A stretch of DNA of 51,764 bases from positions 1-51,764 of the forward strand of contig NIVC01004286.1 of assembly GCA_002269645.1 (NCBI GenBank), in the 5' to 3' direction. A program made the position numbers and the translations under genes. Source of the stretch: Macrostomum lignano (lineage: Eukaryota). Under the pieces are notes generated by a model. The model was not told the origin of the DNA. It saw only the letters and a list, made by a program, of their open reading frames with translations, and did no database searches. Of this stretch, positions 1-13,403 are shown in pieces. The first letter of the stretch is position 1. The number at the start of each line of letters is the position of its first letter.

Positions 1-3000
1 GCCTGCAACGTATCGTGACCTAACAATGGTGAACCAATTCAAATGGTAGGCCAACTAACTATTAAAGTGAAAGATTGGTAATTTCGAGCCAACAGTTAAG
101 TTTCTGCTAGCGAAAGATCGCACGACAACATCCTGGGCTTTGAGTTCCTAAGAAGTACAGCACATCACTAGATCTCGCCGCCGGGATGCTGTTTTTCAAG
201 GACGGCACTGCGCACCACTTCGCTACACGCGAGCTGAGGCTACCACGTGCAGAATCTACACAGCCGAGAGCACTATGGTGGCCACCACTGTCATCATCAG
301 CCTAAATTAAAATTAAGCTTGCAAAAGACGAGAAGAAAATCAGGGTACACCGCTGTGATCGAGCCGCTAAAACCAGCTTGGCGCAAAGAAGATGTGCAGC
401 ATCTGACGCAGCGCCGGCACTAATATCTATGGCTAATGGACAAGGCACTATGAAATGATTAATCGAGGAACAACATCAATCAGAGTACGAGCGAATGCCC
501 TAGTCGGGATTGCTAGACCAATCAGACTGCCCGAGCTACAGTTCTTCCCGCTGCTGAAGCCAGAGGACTCTGTCAATCAAATTCAAAGACAAAGATCCTG
601 AACTCTTGGATCAAGGAGATTGACATCAGCGAAGATCTGTCCAGTGACCAGCGTGCTCAAGTCATCGAGCTATTGAAGAAGTACAAGACCATCTTCTCTC
701 AGGCCACACGATCTTGGCCGAAACTCATCTGTTCACCCACAGTATTGTGCTACGAAGTAAAGGACACGAATCCGGTGCATCTGCTGACTCGACGGATCCC
801 AGCCGCATCTTCTGCCCAAAGTGGATCAGCTACTCAACGATCTCCTGGCCAAAGGCGTGATTTGACCGAGCTTCTCCAGCTACAACACCCTGCTGGTGAT
901 CATCCCGAAGAAGGACGGCAGCCTGCGGATTGTGCAAGATTTTCGGAGTCTGAATCAGAAGTGCGGATATTTTCTATACCCGATTCCTAACATTCAAGAA
1001 GCATTCGCCAGCCTTGAAGGAAGCCAGCTATTCAGTACGTTCGATTTGAATAGGCGGCTATCAGATTCCTCTGCGTCCGGAAGATCAAGACCTGACTGCC
1101 TTCGCCACGCTGCACCAGCGGACAGTTTGCCTACAATGTTATGCCTATGGGATTAAGTTCAGCTCCAGCCAGCTTCATGCACCTCATGAACACTGTGCTC
1201 AACGGGATTGCCTACAAAAGTGCAATAGCCTACCTGGATGATGTAATCGTCTATTTTTAAGAAGATTTAATGACCATCTACGGCATATGGAGGAAGTATT
1301 CAAGCGAGTCCAAGGCGCTAATCTCAAGTTCAAGGGCAAGAAGTGCCATCTATTTTGGGCAAGTTTAAACTATCTGGGCCATGTTGTAATAAAAGATGGA
1401 ATCAAAAACCGACCCGGCGAAAATCGAAGCTATTCAAACCTGGCCAAGACCAAGAACAGCACGACAACTTAAGAATTTTGTCTGCACGTGCACCTATTAT
1501 GCTAAATTCGTACCTGGCTACGCAGAACTTGCTGCTCCGCTCCACCAGTCTAATTAAAGAGAAGAAAATCCGAAATTTCAACTGTCTATGGGGAAAAGCC
1601 CAGCAAGACGCGTTTGACCAGCTCAAAGCAGCCTTGGCTTCGACATCAGTGCTCGCGTATCTGCAGTTCAGTGAGGACCCGGAAGTTATGTTCATCCTGG
1701 ACATGGATGCTTCTGCAACCAGAATTGGAGCCTGCCTGAGCCAACGCCAAGCTGACGGAGTTGAGCGCCCAATTGGCTATTTCTCCCGGCGACTCAAACC
1801 GGCCAAAGCCCGGTATCCGATCACTAAACAAGAACTATTGGCAGTTGTAGACGGAATGCGACATTTCAATTCTACCTGCTGGCCAAGAAGTTCATCTGCT
1901 GAACCGACCATGCCGCATTAACCTGGATCTTAAGGCGAACCTAGCAAGAAGGAATATTTGGACAATGGCTACAGCGCCTTAGAGAGTTCGAGTTTGAGAT
2001 CCAGCACCGGAAGTCAAGTCAGCATCAGAACGCCGACGGTCTCTCGAGACGGCCCCAGGACGACGCCGAATGCATGGAGGAGGCCCAGCGTGAGGCAGCA
2101 GAGGAGGTTCAAAGTAAGCAGCCAGCCGCAAAAACGGGCGCAGCGGCGCTGAAGGTCCTCGACAGCAGCCATCCTAGCCCTCCGCTGAGCAGGAAGCCGT
2201 CGACCCGCCATAAGCAACGGAAACTGCCGACGAAGCCAAAGGAGTCCAATGGCGAGGCAACGCCGCCAGCAACATCGACAGCCAACAGCAAGCCACTGAC
2301 AGCGCTGCACCCGCCGGCGACGAAGCCGCGGCCATCAGCCAGCCGTTTTCGAGACTCACAGAGGTCGCCCACTAGTTTTAGCAGCACGACATGTTGCCCG
2401 TCAAGGAGCCGCCATCTACTAGCTAAAGGCGACGAGGACAGCGACCACAGTGCAGCCAGCAACGACAGCTGCCAACCCGCTCGAGTCTGGTGTTCAAGAA
2501 ACGAGTGAGATTCAGCATCGACGCCAACAGTTCTGCTGACTTACCCTCATCTGCTGATGAAGCTAATGCCGACAGTGACGCCGACGCGACCGACGAGGAT
2601 TGGCCTTCAAATTCTTCATCGACCCAGCAACCGGCCAGAGTAGCGATTATGTGGAGGGAGCTCCAGACCCCGAACCATGCCGCCACAGCCGAAGCCGCGC
2701 CGACAAATTCGACTAATCCGACTAATCGACGCCAAACTCTGAATCTAACTGATCACATTCCGAGGCCAGTCACCCGCAGGAGCTCCAGACCCATCAGCGA
2801 GCTGACTCTGCCATTGCAATGATGATCAACTTAATTGAAAGTCGACAACCGAAGCCGCCGCTGAATCAGTGATTAAATCTAACAAGAGATGAGCGAAATC
2901 TCTTAGCATTCTATGAGCAATTGGAAGTCCGAGACAACAGACTATTAGTCATCCATCTCGACGATGTTGGCGAGGAGGACAAAGCGAGGATCGTCCTGCC

Positions 3001-4300
3001 GAAGAGCTCGACCCACTGTGTTTGCCGACCTGCATGGCTCGCCTTACTGCGGACACATGGGCTGAGATCTCACCATCGCGAAGGTGCGCGAAAGGTTCTG
3101 GCGACTGGTCCTGGCCAAGGCCGTGTCCGACTATGTCGCTTCCTGCCAGACCTGCACTCAGAGCAAAGGACGGCAACAAATTCTGGCACTTGTACAGTCG
3201 TTCCCGGTCTGCGAAATCTATGGGTGATGTGCAATCGACATCCTGGGCCCCACTGGAGACCCAACAGACCGCGGCAACAAGTACATCCTCACCTACGTTG
3301 ACACGACGTCAAAGTATCCATTCGCTTTCGCCATGAAGAATCAGCGGGCAAGACGATTATCACTCTGCTCCAGGAACAAGTGTTTCCAATCACCGGAATC
3401 CCGGCATGGATTCACTCCGATCAAGGGAAACAGTTCAGCAGGACACGAGTTTCGACATTTCTGCGAAGTCTATGGCATTCGACAGACTACGACGCCGCCA
3501 TACTCGCCCTGGGCCAGCGGACAAGCTGAGTCGTGCAACAAGAACATCAAGAAGGTACTCACGTGTCTCCTCGAAGATCATCAACAGTGGGACAAGATGC
3601 TGCCAGCCGCTCTGACAGCTCTGAGATCAGCTGTCAACCGTACGACGGGATTCTCGCCGCATTACGTCATCTACGGAGTGCCCTACCGGTATCCGATCGA
3701 TAACACCCTAGACCGCCTGGACGATCGCCGGACCTCCCCGAGTATATCGCGAAGCATCAGCGCAGACTGGCCGAGACCGAAAGGATTGTACAACAGCGAT
3801 TGCAAGCTGAGATTCAACGTCGCATAGAGTACTACGAGAACCAACCCAAGCCTGTGGAACTGCAGCCCGGAGACCTGGTCTGCCTGGCCAACCGAAGCTC
3901 GAGCTGGGCGAGCTGCCGAAGTTCCATCGGCCATACAGAAGCTTGTACAAGGTCAACAGAAAGGTCGCAAAGTAGCCTACTGGATCCAGCCTGCAACAGC
4001 CCGACGTGGACGTCCAGCAGAAATACTCGTGCATTGCAATAACATCATCAAGGTGCCGCAGATGATGGCAGATCGACCGCAGGAGCCGCTGCACCCAAAC
4101 TGAGCGGCCAATGCTGCCTTTTGAGTCGAGTGAGGACCCAGCCAATCAGCCCACTCCAGAACAGCCAGCCGCAGCTCAGCCTGACCTGCGCGGCAGCCAA
4201 TTGTTCGAGCCAAGTCTCCGCCATCCGGAAGTGCTGCCTGAAGTCAACCCGGATCTGCCTGACATCGGCATGGAGCTTGAGATCTAAAAGGTATTACCAA
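1..4300 (+). mobile_element. Ty3/Gypsy LTR retrotransposon pol region (protease C-terminus, RT, RNase H, integrase), heavily frameshifted, 5'-truncated by the window edge
   Basis: Fragments across frames: PKKDGSLRIVQDFRSLN (RT); YLDD at 1231-1242; FILDMDASATRIGACLSQ...PIGYFSRRL...YPITKQELLAVV (RNase H); PPYSPWASGQAESCNKNIKKVL...LRSAVNRTTGFSP (integrase core). Order RT-RH-IN is Gypsy-type. LTRs not identified. Confidence 0.93.
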
Positions 4301-4467
4301 TGAATTTGTTATTGCGCCAAGTTGCTAACTTTTGATGTGCATTACTATTAGTAGTTGTATTTGCAAATGCATTCCAATTCTAATTTTGCTGTAAGCTTTC
4401 TCTGCACCTGCTCTGTGCTGAAAGCCGATTTTAGTTTTTCCATTTAAGTTTGCCGTTTTGTCATTTC

Positions 4468-4962
4468 TCCTTATGCTTTCCGGATAAAAGCAGGCATCAA
4501 TTTTCAATTTTAATGTACTTTTCCTTATGCTTCAGGGTAAAAGCAATTTCTCTTTTCCTTATGCTTTCAGGCTAAAAGCAGGCGTCAAATTTTAATGTAC
4601 TTTTCTTTATGCTTCAGGGATAAAAGCAGATTCTCTTTTCCTTATGCTTTCTGGTAAAAGCAGTGTATAGTTTCCTGTGCTCATGTATAGCGCAAAATTT
4701 TGCTAATCTATTAAATGCAAATTCTTTAATCAGCACCATGCGCTCTGTAAATTTCCTTATGCTTTATGGTGAAAAGCACGCACCAATGCGACAATTTAAT
4801 CAATGTGTCCTCATTAAACAATGCAATATGGTATGATCATTGCGTTATTTTGCATTTTTTCTTTCATCTGAATTTTGCGCATCCCTGTTGCTGTAAGCTT
4901 CTTCGCACCACGTTCAAAGTGCAGAAGTGCCCCTTTCCTTATGCTTTCGGGAGAAAAGCAGT
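4468..4962 (+). repeat. Seven copies of a dyad/hairpin motif, consensus TTTCCTTATGCTTT-N5-7-AAAAGCA
   Basis: Copies at about 4474, 4528, 4562, 4610, 4645, 4760 and 4942. Arms TGCTT(T)/(A)AAGCA are conserved and loops vary. Confidence 0.85.
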
Positions 4963-5734
4963 GAATTTGTACACCTTACAGTTTGATTAAAACTGTAGGT
5001 AATTTAATTTCTTTTCAGTTTGCAAGCCCACTGTCTAAGGGCCAAACTGTCTTCTGCCCCGTTCAGGTCAAGCGCCCCCTGGATCCAGGCCTTGTCCTCA
5101 GCGGAGGGCATTTGAGGTGACTCGACCCCTGTTCTTTGTTTGTTTTGCTCGAGCCTGGGAATGTTGTGTGGGCCGCCAATTTGGCTTCCCCTCTCCCAGT
5201 GCCAGTTGTTGCCCCTGTTTCATTGTAACTCCTTATGGAGCCCCTTTGCATGCCATATCGGTAGCTTATTTTATTCTAACGTTCTCCTTAGTACGGAGCC
5301 TGTCTGCCTTTGCTCCTTTACTACTTTATTTTATTTTAACTATTATATACGCGCTAACCAGCCTTTCTTAACCGCCCACTTGATGTGAGCCATTTAAGGC
5401 ACCCCAATTCATTCTGATTTAGACCCCCACCGCGGTTAGCTATCTGTTTTATTACTATGTGATTAGTCACCCACCCTACCTCCGTGCCTACCATAGAGTG
5501 CATGAGGGGCGGTGACTGGTGCCTTGTTCCAATGCATGTTTTCCCCCTCATTCATCGCTTGGGCAGCCGCTCGCATATTTAAGGCAGCAAAGTGCCCCTC
5601 CCCGTCGTCAATTTTGTAAATTTTCTCTGTGCGCTTAGCAAAGTCCAATTTGCCTCCTATATATATATATTTTAGTTATTATTACTGCTACCCATTACTG
5701 ATTTTGGTTGATTCGTTTGTAACTGGCGGTAGAT

Positions 5735-6337
5735 ATGTGCAACAACGCTATGTATGGAGACGCGGCTCTGGAGGACAATGACCCGGCTTTCGATGATGCC
5801 TATGACAATGGTCAACTAGGTCTAGCATTTGCCAATGCTCCGCTTGCACCGGCCCCCAGCCCAGTGTCCAACGATGACCAGTGGCTTGACCAGTTCCTGG
5901 CCCAGGTCAGCGCCACCCAAGTACTCCCGGAAATCGACAATGATGCGATCCGACTCCTAGAGGCGCGCCCAGAGACGCCCCCACCGCTGCCAGCTGCCTA
6001 GTCTAATGGCACGAGTAACGAAGGACAGGCCATGCCGCCCCAGGCCAATGAAATGCAGGCCACACTGCAAGAGCCCAAGCCGACCCGGACCCTCGCAGAA
6101 TTGCTGTACTGGGAGACGATCAGCGGACCTGGGGCTACTCTTATGAACGGCTGCCGGCTCTGGAGCCAGATCGCTGCCCAATACCCAGTCGGAGGTGGTG
6201 CTGGCAATCACACGGCTGCATCACTCGTTGGCCCCATCTACGAGCCGACACTGCCGGATAGCAGCTCGGCCCCTGTGCCACCCTGGCTGCCCTGTTTGCA
6301 GAATTCGGGCAATGCGACAGGATTCTGGCCCATCTAG
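5735..6337 (+). other. Orphan acidic/Pro-rich reading frame (~200 codons) with one internal TAG at 5999-6001; product unknown
   Basis: Track ORFs 5735-6001 and 6032-6337 share a frame. GC-rich island with a TA-rich tract at ~5659 upstream. No family recognised. Confidence 0.3.
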
Positions 6338-9159
6338 AATAGCTCTGCCAGGATCTGAGGCTTGCCAGCTCGGCTCGGCCCAGGACCAACTGCCAGGGCG
6401 ATACTGGCGCCGCCAACCAAGGCGGCCACCATTCGGCTGGCAGAGGATGCCACCACAGCAGCGGCTGACTGCCTAGTTTCTTCTGTTGTGTAGGGCCGCC
6501 CCGCGCATGTGGCAGGTGGGATGCCACAGTAATTGTTTGGACTCAGTTTTTTAATAATTTTAAGCGCTATCAAAACTTTAATTTACTGACCCAACCATTG
6601 TCTTTTCACCCCAATTTTTGTCCATCGTCTGCCCAGCTCCCTTTCCCTTCCGTGGCCTGGTTGCGTCCCTTTGCTGTTTTTGTCATCCCTTCATTGAAAT
6701 TTTGTTATCCGCCCTATGTCCCAATGTTTTTGAGCCCCGTCCCGTGAATTTCTGTTTGCCCAGCGTTTGCTTCCAGTACTTGTCAGCCCCCTTTCGGGTA
6801 TTTATTCTGCTAATTGTTGTGCCCAGTTTCCTCATACCTTCCCCTTCCTTCCATTTTTTCTCATCCCTACCGTTCTTTTCTGTTTTCCATTTTCCTCAAC
6901 TAATAAGCTTTGATTCATTAAATTAGTGGTAATATTTTATTGAATTCATTTAGCGCACTGGCGCCACAAGAGCGAATTCATCTTGAGTGTTTAAATAATA
7001 GTAATATTAACTTTATTTAGTGCTCACCTGCTATTATCTTAACTAAGTTACCACAATAAACCGACATCATTAAATTAGCTTTTAATTTCATTTGTTGAGC
7101 CATAGCTTCTCTTGAATCATTTGCCCGTGGGGCGTAAAATAACCAAAGCTCTTATCTTAAAGAAAGCTCTAAGACTTATCCGTTCTGTAATACGTAAATT
7201 ACAGTGGTGGCAGCAACTACCCTACTGGAAGTAATAAGTTCAGCAAATATACGCATTCATTTACGGTGTCTCATCGCTTTGAACGACCGCGCTGCTACAT
7301 GACCGCTCTGCTACGATTACGACTACCCTCCCCCCAGACTTGAGAACCTGGCAGCCGGAGTAAAAGGAGAAAGATTTTTTCTGTTGAGATTCATCTGCAT
7401 GATTTTTCTGGTTTTATTTGTGCAAACTCAACATTCGGCGGCAATTCAAACAAGGAATCCGCCCCACCTCACTGGTGTCAGCAAATTTTCAAAACTGACC
7501 AATTTCCAAGAAAAATCTTCTCCACCCCCACCTCAAAGGTAACTTATTGGCACAACACTGGCAAAGATTTGAGAGTGGGCATGAACTCAAAATTTTTTTG
7601 GCATGCATTTATAATTATTCAATTTTTGTTTGGGCATGCACCTAGCATGATCTAGACTATGGCGCTTAGCTATAACCATAGCTACTCTCCCCCTGACCCT
7701 GAGAAACTCAACAGCTAGAGCTCCCCTTTATTTTGCACCAAAATTTCTGCCCTGCCCTGAAGTTGTTTGTTCAAATTAAGACTAGCACCAATTTGAACAG
7801 CCCAAAAGTTGACAACAAAGCTATAAATAGCCAAGAAACTAAGCTTTAGACTATCTGTCCTCAAAACCCATTAAATCAAAAATAAAAGATTGAACAAAGC
7901 TTAAGATATCTTATTAGTGACTAATTACACCTACAGAATTAAAACAAGATAGTCTATTTCTATTTTGGGAAAGGAATTTTTTTGGCAAAAGATGCTTTAG
8001 CAACAGTGAATTTTTTTTTTATATAAATTTTGGCAATACTCTATAAAATGTGGAATCCACTGCGAAATTGGAATAGAATAGCATAATAAAATGCAGAATC
8101 TGCAATGGAATGGTAAACTGTGGAATCAACTGCGGAGTCTACAACTTAAAATAAAATGCAAAATATTGGAATCAAAAAATATAATTTTAAATACAAAGGC
8201 ACACAATGAATTAAGACCACTTAATACAAATTTGAACATTTAATTCCATAACCTTCGCAGATTGCAAGAGCATTTTTATCTAATCAGTTATAGATAACCA
8301 TAGCATCAATCAATTAAAGTAATGATGTGTTAGGCATTAATTGCAATTGAATATAGTTAGATAGAGTCCCTTGTCTCATTTTTTGAATATTGTAAGTCAG
8401 ACAGTAATAAGACCACTTCAATAATTGTGCTAAGGGTGCTATAAAAATGGCCCTACTGATTCTGCAAATTTAAAACATCAAACTCAATACTACTCTAAGC
8501 CAAAATGATCTCAAACTCTCCTATAGAATGGGGAAAGGCAGAGCTCTATCGCTTGAGTTATGTAGGAAAATCAAGGCTCTGTTAAACAAGAGTTTCCCAG
8601 CGTGCCACAGCCACGCACGCAGCTGGAAAGTTAAAAATGTGCGTCTAGCAGGCCCTCAGGGGTTCCTAGTCATTTCGTCATCTGCCATTTCATCATCTGG
8701 GTGTCTGGGGTGCTCACCTCGACTATGCATATGGTCACTTTGTCATCTTAATTAACATGCACTACCTGAAGAGAGTCATTTCGTCATCCACCAATCATAT
8801 TAGTTCCAACTTCAAGTGAATTATTGTGGCAATTAAATATATTTACTTGGAATCCTAATGATCCCAGTCATTTTGTCATCTCAATTGATAAAACCTGTCG
8901 TTTTTTTTCAAGCTACTTTGCTTCTGGTCACTTTGGGCCTTTTCATATTGCTTGTTCTGGTTCCAGAACCAGAACCAATTTGTGAAGTATAACTTTTTGT
9001 CTCCATAACTAGAGGGAGATACATGCTATAAAGTTTTTATTATTGAATGACAATCGCCAAAAAGAAAATGAAAAATGTGCTAAGGGAGCTTGTTAAGGCA
9101 GTCAAACATTCAACAGAATTAAATAGTTATACTGCTGTTTTTCTTAGAAGATCCAAACT

Positions 9160-12100
9160 CCTTGGGGAAGGCAAGCAGGGTACGGGAAAGGCACGCAGGG
9201 TGCAGGGAAGGCAAGGAGGGTGCGGGGAAGGCAAATAGGGTGAGGGGAAGGCAAGCAGGGTGTGGGGAAGGCAAGCAGCGTGCGGGGAAGGACAGAAGGG
9301 TGTGGGGAAGGCAAGCAGGGTGTGTGGAAGGCAAGCAGGGTGTGGGGAAAGCAAGGAGAGTGTGGGGAAGGCAAGGAGGGTGTGTGGAAGGCAAGCACCC
9401 TACACCCTCCTTGCTTTCCCCATACCCTGCTTGCCTTCCCCACACCCTTCTGTCCTTCCCCGCACGCTGCTTGCCTTCCCCACACCCTGCTTGCCTTCCC
9501 CACACCCTGCTTGCCTTCCCCACACCCTGCTTGCCTTCCCCACACCCTCCTTGCTTTCCCCATACCCTGCTTGCCTTCCCCACACCCTCCTTGCTTTCCC
9601 CGTACCCTGCTTGCCTTCCCCACACCCTGCTTGCCTTCCCCACACCCTTCTGTCCTTCCCCGCATGCTGCTTGCCTTCCACACACCCTGCTTGCCTTCCC
9701 TACACCCTCCTTGCTTTCCCCATACCCTGCTTGCCTTCCCCACACCCTTCTGTCCTTCCCCGCACGCTGCTTGCCTTCCCCACACCCTGCTTGCCTTCCC
9801 TACACCCTGCTTGCCTTCCCCACACCCTGCTTGCCTTCCCCACACCCTGCTTGCCTTCCCCACACCCTGCTTGCCTTCCCCACACCCTGCTTGCCTTCCC
9901 CACACCCTCCTTGCTTTCCCCATACCCTGCTTGCCTTCCCCACACCCTCCTTGCTTTCCCCGTACCCTGCTTGCCTTCCCACACCCTGCTTGCCTTCCCC
10001 ACACCCTTCTGTCCTTCCCCGCACGCTGCTTGCCTTCCACACACCCTGCTTGCCTTCCCCACACCCTGCTTGCCTTCCCTACACCCTCCTTGCTTTCCCC
10101 ATACCCTGCTTGCCTTCCCCACACCCTTCTGTCCTTCCCGCACGCTGCTTGCCTTCCCCACACCCTGCTTGCCTTCCCTACACCCTGCTTGCCTTCCCCA
10201 CCCTCCTTGCTTTCCCCATACCCTGCTTGCCTTCCCCACACCCTCCTTGCTTTCCCCGTACCCTGCTTGCCTTCCTCACACCCTCCTTGCTTTCCCCACA
10301 CCCTGCTTGCCTTCCCCACACCCTTCTGTCCTTCCCCGCACGCTGCTTGCCTTCCCCACACCCTGCTTGCCTTCCCCTCACCCTATTTGCCTTCCCCACA
10401 CCCTCCTTGCTTTCCCCATACCCTGCTTGCCTTCCCCACACCCTCCTTGCTTTCCCCGTACCCTGCTTGCCTTCCCCACACCCTGCTTGCCTTCCCCACA
10501 CCCTTCTGTCCTTCCCCGCACGCTGCTTGCCTTCCCCACACCCTGCTTGCCTTCCCCTCACCCTATTTGCCTTCCCCACACCCTCCTTGCTTTCCCCATA
10601 CCCTGCTTGCCTTCCCCACACCTCCTTGCTTTCCCCGTACCCTGCTTGCCTTCCCCACACCCTGCTTGCCTTCCCCACACCCTTCTGTCCTTCCCCGCAC
10701 GCTGCTTGCCTTCCACACACCCTGCTTGCCTTCCCTACACCCTCCTTGCTTTCCCCATACCCTGCTTGCCTTCCCCACACCCTGCTTGCCTTCCCCACAC
10801 CCTGCTTGCCTTCCCCACACCCTCCTTGCTTTCCCTATACCCTGCTTGCCTTCCCCACACCCTCCTTGCTTTCCCCGTACCCTGCTTGCCTTCCCCACAC
10901 CCTGCTTGCCTTCCCCACACCCTTCTGTCCTTCCCCGCACGCTGCTTGCCTTCCCCACACCCTGCTTGCCTTCTCCGCACCCTGCGTGCCTTCCCCGCAC
11001 CCTGATTGCCTTCCCCACACCCTGCTTGCCTTACCCGCACCCTGCTTGCCTTCCCCACACCCTGCTGTCCTTCCCCACACCCTGCTTGCCTTATCCGCAC
11101 CCTGCTTGCCTTCCCCGCACCCTGCTTGCCTTCCCCACACCCTGCTGTCCTTCCCCACACCTTGCTGTCCTTCCCCACACCCTGCCGGCCTTAACCACGC
11201 CCTGATGGCCTTCTCCACACGTTTGTGGCCTTCCACACAGCCTGCTTCTTTTCACCATACCATACCCTGCTTGCCTTCCCCACACCCTGCTTGCCTTCCC
11301 CACACCCTCCTTGCTTTCCCCACACCCTGCTTGCCTTCCACACACCCTGCTTGCCTTCCCCACACCCTTCTGTCCTTCCCCGCACGCTGCTTGCCTTCCC
11401 CACACCCTGCTTGCCTTCCCCGCACCCTCCTTGCCTTCCTCACACTTTCCTTGCTTTCCCCACACCCTGCTTGCCTTCCCTACACCCTCCTTGCTTTCCC
11501 CATACCCTGCTTGCCTTCCCCACACCCTTCTGTCCTTCCCCGCACGCTGCTTGCCTTCCCCACACCCTGCTTGCCTTCCCCACACCCTGCTTGCCTTCCC
11601 CACACCCTGCTTGCCTTCCCCACACCCTCCTTGCTTTCCCCATACCCTGCTTGCCTTCCCCACACCCTCCTTGCTTTCCCCGTACCCTGCTTGCCTTCCC
11701 CACACCCTGCTTGCCTTCCCCACACCCTTCTGTCCTTCCCCGCACGCTGCTTGCCTTCCACACACCCTGCTTGCCTTCCCTACACCCTCCTTGCTTTCCC
11801 CATACCCTGCTTGCCTTCCCCACACCCTTCTGTCCTTCCCCGCACGCTGCTTGCCTTCCCCACACCCTGCTTGCCTTCCCCACACCCTGCTTGCCTTCCC
11901 CACACCCTGCTTGCCTTCCCCACACCCTGCTTGCATTCCCCACACCCTCCTTGCTTTCCCCATACCCTGCTTGCCTTCCCCACACCCTCCTTGCTTTCCC
12001 CGTACCCTGCTTGCCTTCCCCACACCCTGCTTGCCTTCCCCACACCCTTCTGTCCTTCCCCGCACGCTGCTTGCCTTCCACACACCCTGCTTGCCTTCCC

Positions 12101-13403
12101 CACACCCTGCTTGCCTTCCCTACACCCTCCTTGCTTTCCCCATACCCTGCTTGCCTTCCCCACACCCTTCTGTCCTTCCCCGCACGCTGCTTGCCTTCCC
12201 CACACCCTGCTTGCCTTCCCTACACCCTGCTTGCCTTCCCCACACCCTCCTTGCTTTCCCCATACCCTGCTTGCCTTCTCCACACCCTCCTTGCTTTCCC
12301 CGTACCCTGCTTGCCTTCCTCACACCCTCCTTGCTTTCCCCACACCCTGCTTGCCTTTCCCACACCCTCCTTGCTTTCTCCACACGCTGCTTGCCTTCCA
12401 CACACCCTGCTTGCCTTCCCCGCACCCTGCGTGCCTTCCCCGCACCCTCCTTGCCTTCCCCGCACCCTGCTTGCTTTCCCCACACCCTGCTTGCCTTCCC
12501 CACACCCTTCTGTCCTTCCCCACACCCTCCTTGCTTTCCCCACACCCTGCTTGCCTTCCCCACACCCTTCTGTCCTTCCCCGCACGCTGCTTGCATTCCC
12601 TACACCCTGCTTGCCTTCCCCGCACCCTCCTTGCCTTCCCCGCACCCTCCTTGCTTTCCCCACACCCTGATTGTCTTCCCTGCACCCTGCTTGCCTTCCC
12701 CGCACCCTGCTTGCCTTCCCCGTACCCTGCTTGCCTTCCGCACACCCTCCTTGCTTTCCCCACACCCTGCTTGCCTTCCCCACACCCTCCTTGCTTTCTC
12801 CACACCCTGCTTGCCTTCCACACACCCTGCTTGCCTTCCCCACACCCTGCTTGCCTTCCCCGCACCCTCCTTGCCTTCCCCGCACCCTCCTTGCTTTCCC
12901 CACACCCTGCTTGCCTTCCCCACACTCTTCTGTCCTTCCCCACACCCTGCTTGCCTTCCCCGCACCCTGCTTGCCTTCCCCACACCCTGCTGTCCTTCAC
13001 CGCACCCTCCTTGCTTTCCCCACACCCTGCTTGCCTTCCCCACACCCTCCTTGCTTTTCCCACACCCTGCTTGCCTTCCACACACCCTGCTTGCCTTCCA
13101 CACACCCTCCTTGCCTTCCCACACTCTCCTTGCTTTCCCCACACCCTGCTTGCCTTCCACACACCCTGCTTGCCTTCCCCACACCCTTCTGTCCTTCCCA
13201 GCACGCTGCTTGCCTTCCCCACACCCTGATTGCCTTCCCCGCACCCTCCTTGCCTTCCCCACACCCTTTTTGCTTTCCCCACCGCCTGCTTGCCTTCCCC
13301 ACACCCTCCTTGCTTTCCCCACACCCTGCTTGCCTTCCACACACCCTGCTTGCCTTCCCCACACCCTTCTGTCCTTCCCCGCACGCTGCTTGCCTTCCCC
13401 ACC
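9160..13403. repeat. 20-bp satellite (GGGGAAGGCAAGCAGGGTGT family): short G-rich arm 9163-9397, then long C-rich arm 9398-13403
   Basis: Period 20 with recurring variant units (GACAGAAGGG, GCAAGGAGGG, GCAAGCAGCG) in 100-200-bp blocks. Orientation flips abruptly at ~9397. Confidence 0.97.

Noticed and set aside
4970-8900. Search for the 3' LTR and PPT of the Gypsy element
   Set aside because: No second LTR copy is in the window and no convincing PPT plus TG...CA pair was found, so no boundary is claimed.
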